Shown: positions 35,956-43,591 of the stretch, piece by piece
Numbering within the stretch: the first letter of the stretch is position 1
Layout: the number at the start of each line of letters is the position of its first letter
Assembly (NCBI GenBank): GCA_964627815.1
Contig: CAZVKE010000002.1
Location: 272,123-336,122 of the forward strand
DNA from: an uncultured Leptospiraceae bacterium
GTDB taxonomy: Bacteria > Spirochaetota > UBA4802 > JAGODF01
Direction of reading: 5' to 3'
Length of the DNA: 64,000 nt
Program-made: the position numbers and the translations under genes
Notes under the pieces: generated by a model
Told to the model about the DNA's origin: nothing
The model's database searches: none
The model's input: only the letters and a program-made list of their open reading frames with translations

Positions 35956-35985
35956 GGCCGGCATGGCCTTCTGGCCATGCCGGCC
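35956..35985. repeat. Perfect 13-bp GC-rich inverted repeat (GGCCGGCATGGCC-ttct-GGCCATGCCGGCC)
   Basis: Seen directly in the sequence. No T-tract follows, so it may be a terminator for the small ORF or an operator-like palindrome. Confidence 0.5.
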
Positions 35986-36002
35986 ACAATCTACCAATTG
36001 CC

Positions 36003-37097
36003 ATGCTTGAAAAAAGGGATTCATATTTTCTTCTCAAGGAAAACATCAAGCTGAAAAGGATGTTCCTGATCCTTTTCGGCCTGGTGCTTTTCGGGCTTGG
36101 TTTTATTTACCGGTATTATCTCTGGCCGTTAATGTTCGCCCTCATGTTTTATCTTGCACTGCGGACATTGTATGAGCGTCTGGTAACTTTTGTGAAGAGC
36201 CGTACTATCGCCAGCGCGATAATGATCCTGCTTATCGTGCTGCTCATTCTTATTCCGCTCTTCTTTCTTCTGCTTTCCCTGGCGAACCAGACGTATGAAT
36301 TGTATCTTTACGCGCAGCAGCATTTCGATCCGGGCAGAGTCAATGATTGGATCAGCCGCAGCCCGATTGTCACTTTTGTCGACACGAAACTTCATATCAG
36401 CAGGGGCGAGATCATCGCTAAAATAATGAATGTTGTTCAGCAGACATCGCTGACGGTATTCTCCAATCTCACCGGCGTGCTGACGTTCTCCGTCCATCTG
36501 GCTATAGATTTCTTTTTTATGCTGCTGATACTGTTTTTCCTTTTCAAGGACGCCTACCGTTTTGAGAAATCCTTCTATCGGGTGCTTCCCTTTCCGGATG
36601 ATATAGAAAAGGACGTCGTGGACAGGCTCAAAGAGGTGATCAGGATACTCATCGCGGGAAATATTGTAATTATGATACTTCAGGGATTCATGGTGGGGAT
36701 CGCCTATTTCGCGGTCGGACTGAGGGCGCCGCTGCTCTGGGGCAGTATCGCGGCGGTCCTTTCGCTGATTCCGATTATCGGGACAACGCTCGTGTGGCTA
36801 CCCGCGGTGATCTATCTCTTCGCGACCGGGCATTACGCGGGCGCCGTATTCCTCGGGACATGGTGTATGGTCTGGTATCTCCTCCTGGAAAATCTGGTGA
36901 AGCCCAACATGTTCGGCAAAAAGCTCAACTTCCATCCGCTCGTTTTCTTTTTCCTCCTGCTGGGAAGCATACAATCGTTCGGCCTCTCCGGCGTCATAAT
37001 CGGGCCGGTGCTTCTGACCCTTTTCTACTCGCTCTGGGAGATATACAAGCTGCTGATCGATTACAACAACACCGGCGGCGGGCCGACGGTGCTCTGA
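36003..37097 (+). CDS. AI-2E family transporter (PerM/YhhT/TqsA-like permease)
   Basis: About 8 TM helices, with the conserved ...LIPIIGTTLVWLPAVIYLFATG... and C-terminal GPVLL segments typical of PF01594. The start could instead be the internal MFLILFG. Confidence 0.75.
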   Translation: MLEKRDSYFLLKENIKLKRMFLILFGLVLFGLGFIYRYYLWPLMFALMFYLALRTLYERLVTFVKSRTIASAIMILLIVLLILIPLFFLLLSLANQTYELYLYAQQHFDPGRVNDWISRSPIVTFVDTKLHISRGEIIAKIMNVVQQTSLTVFSNLTGVLTFSVHLAIDFFFMLLILFFLFKDAYRFEKSFYRVLPFPDDIEKDVVDRLKEVIRILIAGNIVIMILQGFMVGIAYFAVGLRAPLLWGSIAAVLSLIPIIGTTLVWLPAVIYLFATGHYAGAVFLGTWCMVWYLLLENLVKPNMFGKKLNFHPLVFFFLLLGSIQSFGLSGVIIGPVLLTLFYSLWEIYKLLIDYNNTGGGPTVL

Positions 37098-37149
37098 CGG
37101 GTACATCCCTCCGGCCGTTCGAAACCTTCTTCTTTACGGATATAATTCT

Positions 37150-37180
37150 TGACATCGTCTTGAGGTCATTGCTATCTGAA
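37150..37180 (+). promoter_or_regulatory. Candidate promoter for the first NMO-like gene
   Basis: TTGACA at ~37150–37155 followed by 17–18 nt and TATCTG/CTATCT. Weak −10. Confidence 0.3.
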
Positions 37181-37259
37181 TATCATTTAAAAAAATATCC
37201 CTTCCGTCAGAACCGGTCAGGGTAGGAATACTGCCATTACAATTTAAAAGGAGACGTTT

Positions 37260-38297
37260 ATGAAAACACGTATCACCGAGCTTTTTAAAATAAAATATCC
37301 GATCCTCCTTTCGGGAATGAGCTGGATCAGCACGCCCGAACTGGTGGCCGCGGTGTGCAACGCCGGGGGGATGGGGATCCTCGCAACAGGCATCCTGAAT
37401 GCGGATGAAACCAGAGAGTATATCAGGCGGGTAAAGGAGCTTACGAAAAAGCCGTTCGCGGCCAACGTTACGCTCTATTTTCCGGGTTCGGAGAGAAACG
37501 CTGAGATACTGATCGAAAACAGGGTCCCGGTGGTCAACTACGCGCTGGGCAAGGGCGACTGGATCGCCAAGGCGGTGCATGAATACGGCGGAAAAGTGAT
37601 CGCGACAGTAACGACGGCCAAGCACGCGCTGGCGGCACAGCGTGACGGCGCTGACGCGCTGATCGTGACCGGCCATGAGGCCGCGGGACACGGCGGGGCG
37701 GTAACCTCGCTGGTGCTCATTCCAAGCATAGTGGACGTTGTGGATATACCCGTGATTGCTGCGGGCGGATTCGCTGATGGCAGGGGACTTGCGGCCGCTC
37801 TCGCGCTGGGCGCGGACGGGATATCGATGGGAACGCGCTTCATGAATTCCATTGAAAGCCCTGTCCATGAAAGCCAGAAGAGGATGAGCAACGAGCGTGA
37901 TGTCTATGACACGATATACACGGATAAAGTCGACGGTCTGAACGCGCGGGTGCTGGCCACCAAAGGCGCGAAGCGGCTGATAAAGAAACGGCTGAATCCC
38001 TTCAGCGCCCTTATCCGCTCGAAAGCGATCGCCGACATGCTCGGTTTCCCGTGGCTGAAGCTCGCGGTGGGGATCATGTTCTCCGGCGTCAAGCGTTCGA
38101 TACAGATGGCGCGTATGGCGATAGGATTCAGGGCGTTCCAGGTCGGGACCATGGATGGTGACAACGAGAAAGGCGTGCTCCCGATGGGCCAGGTGACGGG
38201 AATCATCCACGACACGCCGACCGTCGACCAGATCATGAAACGGATCGTGGCTGAAGCGAAAAAGGTGCGCGGGCGTCTCGATACGGTTATAAAATAG
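37260..38297 (+). CDS. NAD(P)H-dependent flavin oxidoreductase, nitronate monooxygenase/FabK-like (NMO family), paralog 1
   Basis: MKTRITELFKIKYPILLSGMSWISTPELVAAVCNAGGMGILA... plus ...IPVIAAGGFADGRGLAAALALGADGISMGTRF are TIM-barrel FMN-binding motifs of the NMO/2-nitropropane-dioxygenase-like family. Confidence 0.8.
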   Translation: MKTRITELFKIKYPILLSGMSWISTPELVAAVCNAGGMGILATGILNADETREYIRRVKELTKKPFAANVTLYFPGSERNAEILIENRVPVVNYALGKGDWIAKAVHEYGGKVIATVTTAKHALAAQRDGADALIVTGHEAAGHGGAVTSLVLIPSIVDVVDIPVIAAGGFADGRGLAAALALGADGISMGTRFMNSIESPVHESQKRMSNERDVYDTIYTDKVDGLNARVLATKGAKRLIKKRLNPFSALIRSKAIADMLGFPWLKLAVGIMFSGVKRSIQMARMAIGFRAFQVGTMDGDNEKGVLPMGQVTGIIHDTPTVDQIMKRIVAEAKKVRGRLDTVIK

Positions 38298-38317
38298 TTA
38301 TTGCAATCAGGAATAAA

Positions 38318-38350
38318 AAAAGAGCGGGGCAAAGGTCCCGCTCTTTTTTT
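38318..38350. terminator. Bidirectional rho-independent terminator
   Basis: AAAAAAAGAGCGGGGC-aaag-GTCCCGCTC-TTTTTTTT lies between the convergent NMO paralog 1 and the downstream minus-strand gene. Confidence 0.8.
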
Positions 38351-38368
38351 TGCAAGTGATGCGGTTTG

Positions 38369-38908
38369 CTATTTCGCTGTTTCCGCCCTTACGAGCTCGA
38401 CCACGCGGTTGATTTCAGCACCACGTACGGCGCCGGTGTTGAGATATTTTACAGCACGGTCTTTTCCGATGATTATGACGACATCCTTGCCGGCGCAGTT
38501 GCCGAGTGACCACGCGTCGCGCAGGATGCGTCTGGGATCGGTAAGCACTATGGAATTGTATTTCTTTTCCTTCTGCCTGATCATGGTGCGGATGATGGAA
38601 TTCGGTTTCCAGCTTTCGGCAAGATTGACCACGCCGACGGCACGGAAAACAGCCTTCGGGAAATCCGCGACTTTCAGCGCGTCGCGAAGCGGCTCGTTGA
38701 GATCGCTGTCATCGGGATCAACGTAAAATACCGCGACGACCTTGCTTCCGAAATCGGGAATACGCGCGCCTGGATTGTCGCTGGAATCGTGCAGGCTGAC
38801 ATTGCCGAGTACCTGTCCGACCGAAGCGGCGTTCAGATATACGCCGAAAGAGCCGACGAGAAGCGCTGACGCGAAAAGGACCGCGAATAACTGATATTTT
38901 GCTTTCAT
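38369..38908 (-). CDS. Secreted/periplasmic hypothetical protein (possibly YtfJ/HI0045-like)
   Basis: Signal peptide MKAKYQLFAVLFASALLVGSFGVYLNAASV; the family resemblance is from memory only. Confidence 0.5.
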   Translation of the reverse strand: MKAKYQLFAVLFASALLVGSFGVYLNAASVGQVLGNVSLHDSSDNPGARIPDFGSKVVAVFYVDPDDSDLNEPLRDALKVADFPKAVFRAVGVVNLAESWKPNSIIRTMIRQKEKKYNSIVLTDPRRILRDAWSLGNCAGKDVVIIIGKDRAVKYLNTGAVRGAEINRVVELVRAETAK

Positions 38909-39090
38909 TGACCTATAACCCCCTTAATTTAGAAAATAGTTATTTTTATTTTACTATATGATTTTTGCAACTTTTTTTAATTTCATATTTATTTATGTTA
39001 GTGACAGGATTGTCTAGTGTTGGTCCGGACAGCATGAGGAAGAGAAATTGATTGTGTGAAAAGCCCGGGCATCTTTTTTTCTATTTTTTC

Positions 39091-39119
39091 TTGACAGAAG
39101 GACATGTTTGCACTTTATT
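39091..39119 (+). promoter_or_regulatory. Sigma70-like promoter TTGACA-N17-TTTATT upstream of NMO paralog 2
   Basis: TTGACA (39091–39096), 17-nt spacer, TTTATT (39114–39119), all in an AT-rich intergenic region. Confidence 0.45.
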
Positions 39120-39121
39120 GT

Positions 39122-39141
39122 ATATGCACTTAGTTGCATAT
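39122..39141. promoter_or_regulatory. Perfect 7-bp inverted repeat ATATGCA-N6-TGCATAT at the predicted transcription start; candidate PadR operator
   Basis: ATATGCACTTAGTTGCATAT lies immediately 3' of the −10. The PadR gene lies in the same putative operon. Confidence 0.4.
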
Positions 39142-39204
39142 TTGTTTTTTTGACACACTTAAGCAGTGTTACACATTACACTTTTTTCGAGTGGAGGATG
39201 TACG

Positions 39205-40188
39205 ATGAAAACAAGAATCACCGAAATGTTTGGAATTGAATATCCCATCATCTGCGGCGCCATGATGTGGCTCTGTACACCGAAACTGTGCGCGGCGATA
39301 TCGAATGCCGGGGGCATGGGAAATCTCACCGCGGGTAATTATCAGAGCGAAGAGGAGTTCCGCAAGGCGATCCAGGAAACGCGCAAGCTCACCAGCAAGC
39401 CGTTCATGGTGAACGTGACCATTCTTCCATCGGTCCACATAGGGGCGGAACATCACAAGATGTATCTTCGCGTCTGCGCGGAGGAAAAAGTGGCGGGCCT
39501 TGAGATATCGGGCACGCCGATCGACAAGGCAGTGGGGATGGAATTTATCGACATCCTGAAAAAAGCCGGGGTGAAACTTTTCCACAAGGTCGGCTCTATC
39601 CGTCACGCCGTGCATGCCGAGAAGGTCGGCTATGACGGCATCTATGCGGCCGGAATCGAGGAAGGAGGCCACCCGCTGAATGACGACGTTACGACCATGA
39701 TCCTCACCCCTAAAATGGTGCAGTCGATGAAGATACCTGTCGTGACGGTCGGCGGTATCGCTGACGGCCGTACCATGGCGGCTGCGCTGGTGCTTGGCGC
39801 GGAAGGAGTCATGATGGCTACCCGTTTCGTGGCCACGAAAGAGTGCGAAGTGCACGATAATATCAAGCAGGACCTGATCAAGCGCCAGGAAAACGATACC
39901 GCGCTTATCTGCAAATCGATCGGGCTTCAGGGCCGCGCGATAAGGAACAAGGTCGTTGAGGACGTGCTCGCTCTCGAGGCGAAAGGGTGCGGATTTGAGG
40001 ACCTCCTTCCGCTTATATCCGGCAAACGCGTCAAAGAAGCGTGGGAGACCGGCAATGTCGATCTCGCGCCGATGATGATGGGTCAGTCGGTAGGCCTTGT
40101 CAACGATATCCCGACCTGTAAGGATCTCATCGAGCGGATGGCGGGCGAAGCAAAGAGGGAGATATCCCGCGTGGCGGGCCTTTTGTAG
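39205..40188 (+). CDS. NMO-family flavin oxidoreductase, paralog 2
   Basis: MKTRITEMFGIEYPIICGAMMWLCTPKLCAAISNAGGMGNL...IPVVTVGGIADGRTMAAALVLGAEGVMMATRF. SD GGAGGA precedes the ATG. Confidence 0.8.
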   Translation: MKTRITEMFGIEYPIICGAMMWLCTPKLCAAISNAGGMGNLTAGNYQSEEEFRKAIQETRKLTSKPFMVNVTILPSVHIGAEHHKMYLRVCAEEKVAGLEISGTPIDKAVGMEFIDILKKAGVKLFHKVGSIRHAVHAEKVGYDGIYAAGIEEGGHPLNDDVTTMILTPKMVQSMKIPVVTVGGIADGRTMAAALVLGAEGVMMATRFVATKECEVHDNIKQDLIKRQENDTALICKSIGLQGRAIRNKVVEDVLALEAKGCGFEDLLPLISGKRVKEAWETGNVDLAPMMMGQSVGLVNDIPTCKDLIERMAGEAKREISRVAGLL

Positions 40189-40210
40189 GCGACACGGAGC
40201 GGATGCGACC

Positions 40211-40756
40211 ATGGCGATTACTCACGCGATTCTTGCTTCACTGATCGGCGACAGGCCCTGCAGCGGCTACGACCTGGCGAAGCAGTTCAACAGCTCGGTG
40301 GGATTTTTCTGGAAAGCGACCCATCAGCAGATTTACCGCGAACTGGCCAGGATGGAGACGAGGGGGCTTGTCGTGTCCGAGGTGATCCAGCAGGAGGACC
40401 GTCCGCCCAAAAAGGTGTACCGTGTGACCGGTGAGGGGAAGCGTCACCTGATCGAATGGATCGCGAGCCCGACGGAAGCGTATCCGATCAAAGAGGACCT
40501 TCTGGCGAAATTTCATGTCGGATACATGGTCCCGAGGCAGATTATTATTGACGAGATTCAACGGCAGAGAACAATACATGCCGAGAAGCTTGAACTGTAC
40601 CGGGAGAGGGAAAAGCGGTATTTCCCTGATCTCGCGAAGCTCTCTGAGAAGGCGAAGTTCAGATATCTCACGCTTCGCCGGGGAATAACCCATGAGGCCG
40701 CGTGGGTCTCCTGGTTCGACGAGGCGATCGAACTGTTGTCGGAGAGCGTCAGTTGA
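40211..40756 (+). CDS. PadR-family transcriptional regulator
   Basis: MAITHAILASLIGDRPCSGYDLAKQFNSSVGFFWKATHQQIYRELARMETRGLVVSEV...PPKKVYRVTGEGKRHL is the PadR winged-HTH signature. Confidence 0.85.
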   Translation: MAITHAILASLIGDRPCSGYDLAKQFNSSVGFFWKATHQQIYRELARMETRGLVVSEVIQQEDRPPKKVYRVTGEGKRHLIEWIASPTEAYPIKEDLLAKFHVGYMVPRQIIIDEIQRQRTIHAEKLELYREREKRYFPDLAKLSEKAKFRYLTLRRGITHEAAWVSWFDEAIELLSESVS

Positions 40757-40832
40757 TTGCGGCCGCAGCAGCGAATCAAAGCTTTTATAGCTGGATTATA
40801 TTATTACATTTAAATAGTAAAGGAGTTTTGGT

Positions 40833-41939
40833 ATGAAAACGAGGATTACCGAGCTTTTCAAAATCAAGTACCCGATCATTCTTCCCGGCATGAGCTGGAT
40901 CAGCGTTCCCGAGCTGGTTGCCGCTGTTTCCAACGCGGGCGGACTGGGATATCTCGCGACCGGTCCGCTGACACCTGAAATGACCAGGGCGTCGATTAAG
41001 AGAATACGCGAGCTGACCGACAAGCCGTTCGGCGCGGGATGCACCCTTCTCATGCCCGGCGCGCGAGAAAACGCTGAAGTGCTGATCGAGGAGAAAGTTC
41101 CGGTGGTGAACATATCTCTCGGCCGCGGCGATGACATCATCAAGCGCGTACACGCGTACGGCGGAAAGGTAATCTCGACCGTTACTACCGAGAAGCACGC
41201 GGTTGCGGCCGAACAGGCTGGCGCTGACGCGCTCCAGGTAACCGGCCACGAAGCGGCGGCGCACGGCGGAATGGCGACCACTCTCGTTCTCGTGCCCGCG
41301 ATCGTTGACCTTGTGAAGATCCCCGTTGTCGCGATCGGCGGTTTTGCTGACGGACGCGGTCTTGCCGCGGCCCTCGCCCTCGGAGCTGAAGGTATCGGTA
41401 TGGGAACAAGGCTTTCAATGACCAAGGAAAGCCCCGTGCACCAGGCCACCATCCAGAAGCAGCTCGAGGCGACCATTCAGGATACGCTCTACTCTGACCG
41501 TTTTGACGGACTGTACTGCCGCGTGCTCAAGACCCCGGCGGCTCAGAAGGCAATCAGGAGGGGAATGAGCCTTCCGCGAGCGATGATAGCGGGTCCCCGT
41601 ATCGCCCGCGAGATGAAGCTGCCATTCTTCAAGCTCATGCTTGGCATGATCGCGAAAGGGCCGAAGGTCATGATGCAGCTCGCCCACATGTCCACCGCGT
41701 TTGATAAGATCCAGGCGGCGACCAACGGCGACCTGAAGTATGGCGTTCAGCTCATCGGCCAGTGCCAGGGACTCATCCACGATGTTCCCACTGTCGAGGA
41801 AGTCATTCTCAGGACCGTTGAGCAGGCGCAGAAGATCCAGCAGGCGATGGGTGTGAAGCTCCAGGGAAAAGTTGAGCGCTCCAAGCCGAAGGCTGTCGCG
41901 AAGAAAGCCCCCGCTAAAAAGCCCGCAAAGAAGAAGTAG
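40833..41939 (+). CDS. NMO-family flavin oxidoreductase, paralog 3, with Lys/Ala/Pro-rich C-terminal tail
   Basis: MKTRITELFKIKYPIILPGMSWISVPELVAAVSNAGGLGYLA...IPVVAIGGFADGRGLAAALALGAEGIGMGTR. The C-terminus is KVERSKPKAVAKKAPAKKPAKKK. Confidence 0.8.
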   Translation: MKTRITELFKIKYPIILPGMSWISVPELVAAVSNAGGLGYLATGPLTPEMTRASIKRIRELTDKPFGAGCTLLMPGARENAEVLIEEKVPVVNISLGRGDDIIKRVHAYGGKVISTVTTEKHAVAAEQAGADALQVTGHEAAAHGGMATTLVLVPAIVDLVKIPVVAIGGFADGRGLAAALALGAEGIGMGTRLSMTKESPVHQATIQKQLEATIQDTLYSDRFDGLYCRVLKTPAAQKAIRRGMSLPRAMIAGPRIAREMKLPFFKLMLGMIAKGPKVMMQLAHMSTAFDKIQAATNGDLKYGVQLIGQCQGLIHDVPTVEEVILRTVEQAQKIQQAMGVKLQGKVERSKPKAVAKKAPAKKPAKKK

Positions 41940-41943
41940 GAAT

Positions 41944-41978
41944 ATACGAAAAAAAGGCACCCTTCAGGGTGCCTTTTT
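41944..41978. terminator. Bidirectional rho-independent terminator
   Basis: AAAAAAAGGCACCC-ttcag-GGTGCCTTTTTTT lies between the convergent NMO paralog 3 and the crotonase gene. Confidence 0.8.
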
Positions 41979-41986
41979 TTCTCTCT

Positions 41987-42751
41987 CTATTTGTTGCCGG
42001 TCTGCCCGAACACCTGCATGCTGAGCATTACCTGGTTTCTGTCCTCCATGTTAAGCGCCGCCTCGAGGCCGCCGGCGTCCAGGTTCATGTTGATCGCTTC
42101 CTTGGTAAGGCGAAGTCCGAAATGGTTTTTGGTCATCAGTATTTTCGCGTATTCCTTCGCGGTGTCGAGGAGCTTGTCTTTCTCGACAATTTTGCTCACC
42201 ATTCCGAGGTCCATCGCTTCCTGCGAAGAGAAGAACTGTCCCGTGTACATGAACTCATATGCCCTTCCGGCGCCTATCATCCGCGGCAGAAAGTAGCTGC
42301 ACGACATGTCGGCGCCGCCGAGCCCGATGTTGATGTATGCCGCGCAGAAGCGCGCGTCAGGAGAGATCACCCGTATATCGGAGGCAAGCGTCATGCTGAA
42401 TCCCTGTCCGGCCGCCGCGCCGTGTACCGCGGCGATGATCGGCTGGGGAGCGCGCCTCATTGCGAGATTTATCCGCGCGAGCCGCGCCTGGAACCGGTAG
42501 AACTCAGGGGGTGTCATTTTCGGGGCCATCTCAACCGTTTCCTTCATATCGAGGCCGGCGCAGAATCCCTTCTCGCCGTTGCCCTTGAGGATGATGACGA
42601 TCGTCTCGAGATCGTAGAGCCGTTCCTTCCAGAAATCCTCAAGCTCTTCCATCATCTTATGGTTAACCGCGTTATACGCCTCGGGCCGGTTGAGTGAAAG
42701 CAGGCCGACTCCTTTTTCGATCACTTCGTATTGAATGGTTTCATATCCCAT
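41987..42751 (-). CDS. Enoyl-CoA hydratase/isomerase (crotonase) family protein
   Basis: GLLSLNRPEAYNAVN...GFCAGLDMKE...IAAVHGAAAGQGFSMTLASDIRV has the crotonase oxyanion-hole motifs. The start is taken at MGYETIQYEV. Confidence 0.8.
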   Translation of the reverse strand: MGYETIQYEVIEKGVGLLSLNRPEAYNAVNHKMMEELEDFWKERLYDLETIVIILKGNGEKGFCAGLDMKETVEMAPKMTPPEFYRFQARLARINLAMRRAPQPIIAAVHGAAAGQGFSMTLASDIRVISPDARFCAAYINIGLGGADMSCSYFLPRMIGAGRAYEFMYTGQFFSSQEAMDLGMVSKIVEKDKLLDTAKEYAKILMTKNHFGLRLTKEAINMNLDAGGLEAALNMEDRNQVMLSMQVFGQTGNK

Positions 42752-42935
42752 AGCGCACCTTCCGGAAAATGGTATAAACAGTTTCTTCAAATGGATGCCA
42801 GACGTACACGCATGTCAATAGGAATTAATAAATATCGGAAGGAATGAAAAGATTTGCGTTGACAAACATAACAGTGTTATGTTATTGTGATCGCGATATC
42901 GTGAAAACGATGACAGTCAGCGTGCTGGAGAGGCG

Positions 42936-43535
42936 ATGAGAAAAAGCAACAGGGACAGGATACTCGCGGCGGCGCGGTCGCTTTTTTTACAGTTTGGATA
43001 CAACGGCGTGTCAGTAAGAAAAATCTCTGAAAAGGCCGGCCTCACCACCGGAGCCGTGTATTTTCATTTCAAGAACAAGGGGGATATATACCGCTCGATC
43101 TGCCTCGAGGCGGGCGACCTGCTCATCGAACGGTTCCGCCGCGGCGTCTCGTCAGGAAGGACGCCGAACAAGAAGCTCATCGCCATCTACGATTCATTCC
43201 TGAAATTTTTTTATGAATACCAGGACTACTACAAAATACTCATGGAGTACAAGGCGGACTATCGAACCGAGGAAGACCTCAGGGGCGACGAGATCATCAC
43301 CAAGATGACCGAGATCACGCGGGAGATGGTGGAGCCGATACGGCTCGGCATCGAAAAAGGCATCTTCAGGCAGATCGACATCCCGATGCTCTCGATATTT
43401 CTCGCCGCGGTTTCCGAAGGCATGCTCCAGTACAAGAGGCTCGGCCTTCTCGACCGCATGGGGATTTCCGACACGGAGTTCCGCGGCTTCATGGCCGATG
43501 TTGTCGGAAACGGCATCGCCGGAAAGGCGAACTGA
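42936..43535 (+). CDS. TetR-family transcriptional regulator
   Basis: RDRILAAARSLFLQFGYNGVSVRKISEKAGLTTGAVYFHFKNK is the TetR N-terminal HTH. Confidence 0.85.
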   Translation: MRKSNRDRILAAARSLFLQFGYNGVSVRKISEKAGLTTGAVYFHFKNKGDIYRSICLEAGDLLIERFRRGVSSGRTPNKKLIAIYDSFLKFFYEYQDYYKILMEYKADYRTEEDLRGDEIITKMTEITREMVEPIRLGIEKGIFRQIDIPMLSIFLAAVSEGMLQYKRLGLLDRMGISDTEFRGFMADVVGNGIAGKAN

Positions 43536-43591
43536 ACGGCGCCCTTTGCGGGCGTATACATTTCATCTGACAGGTTTACGGAGGCACTCTC

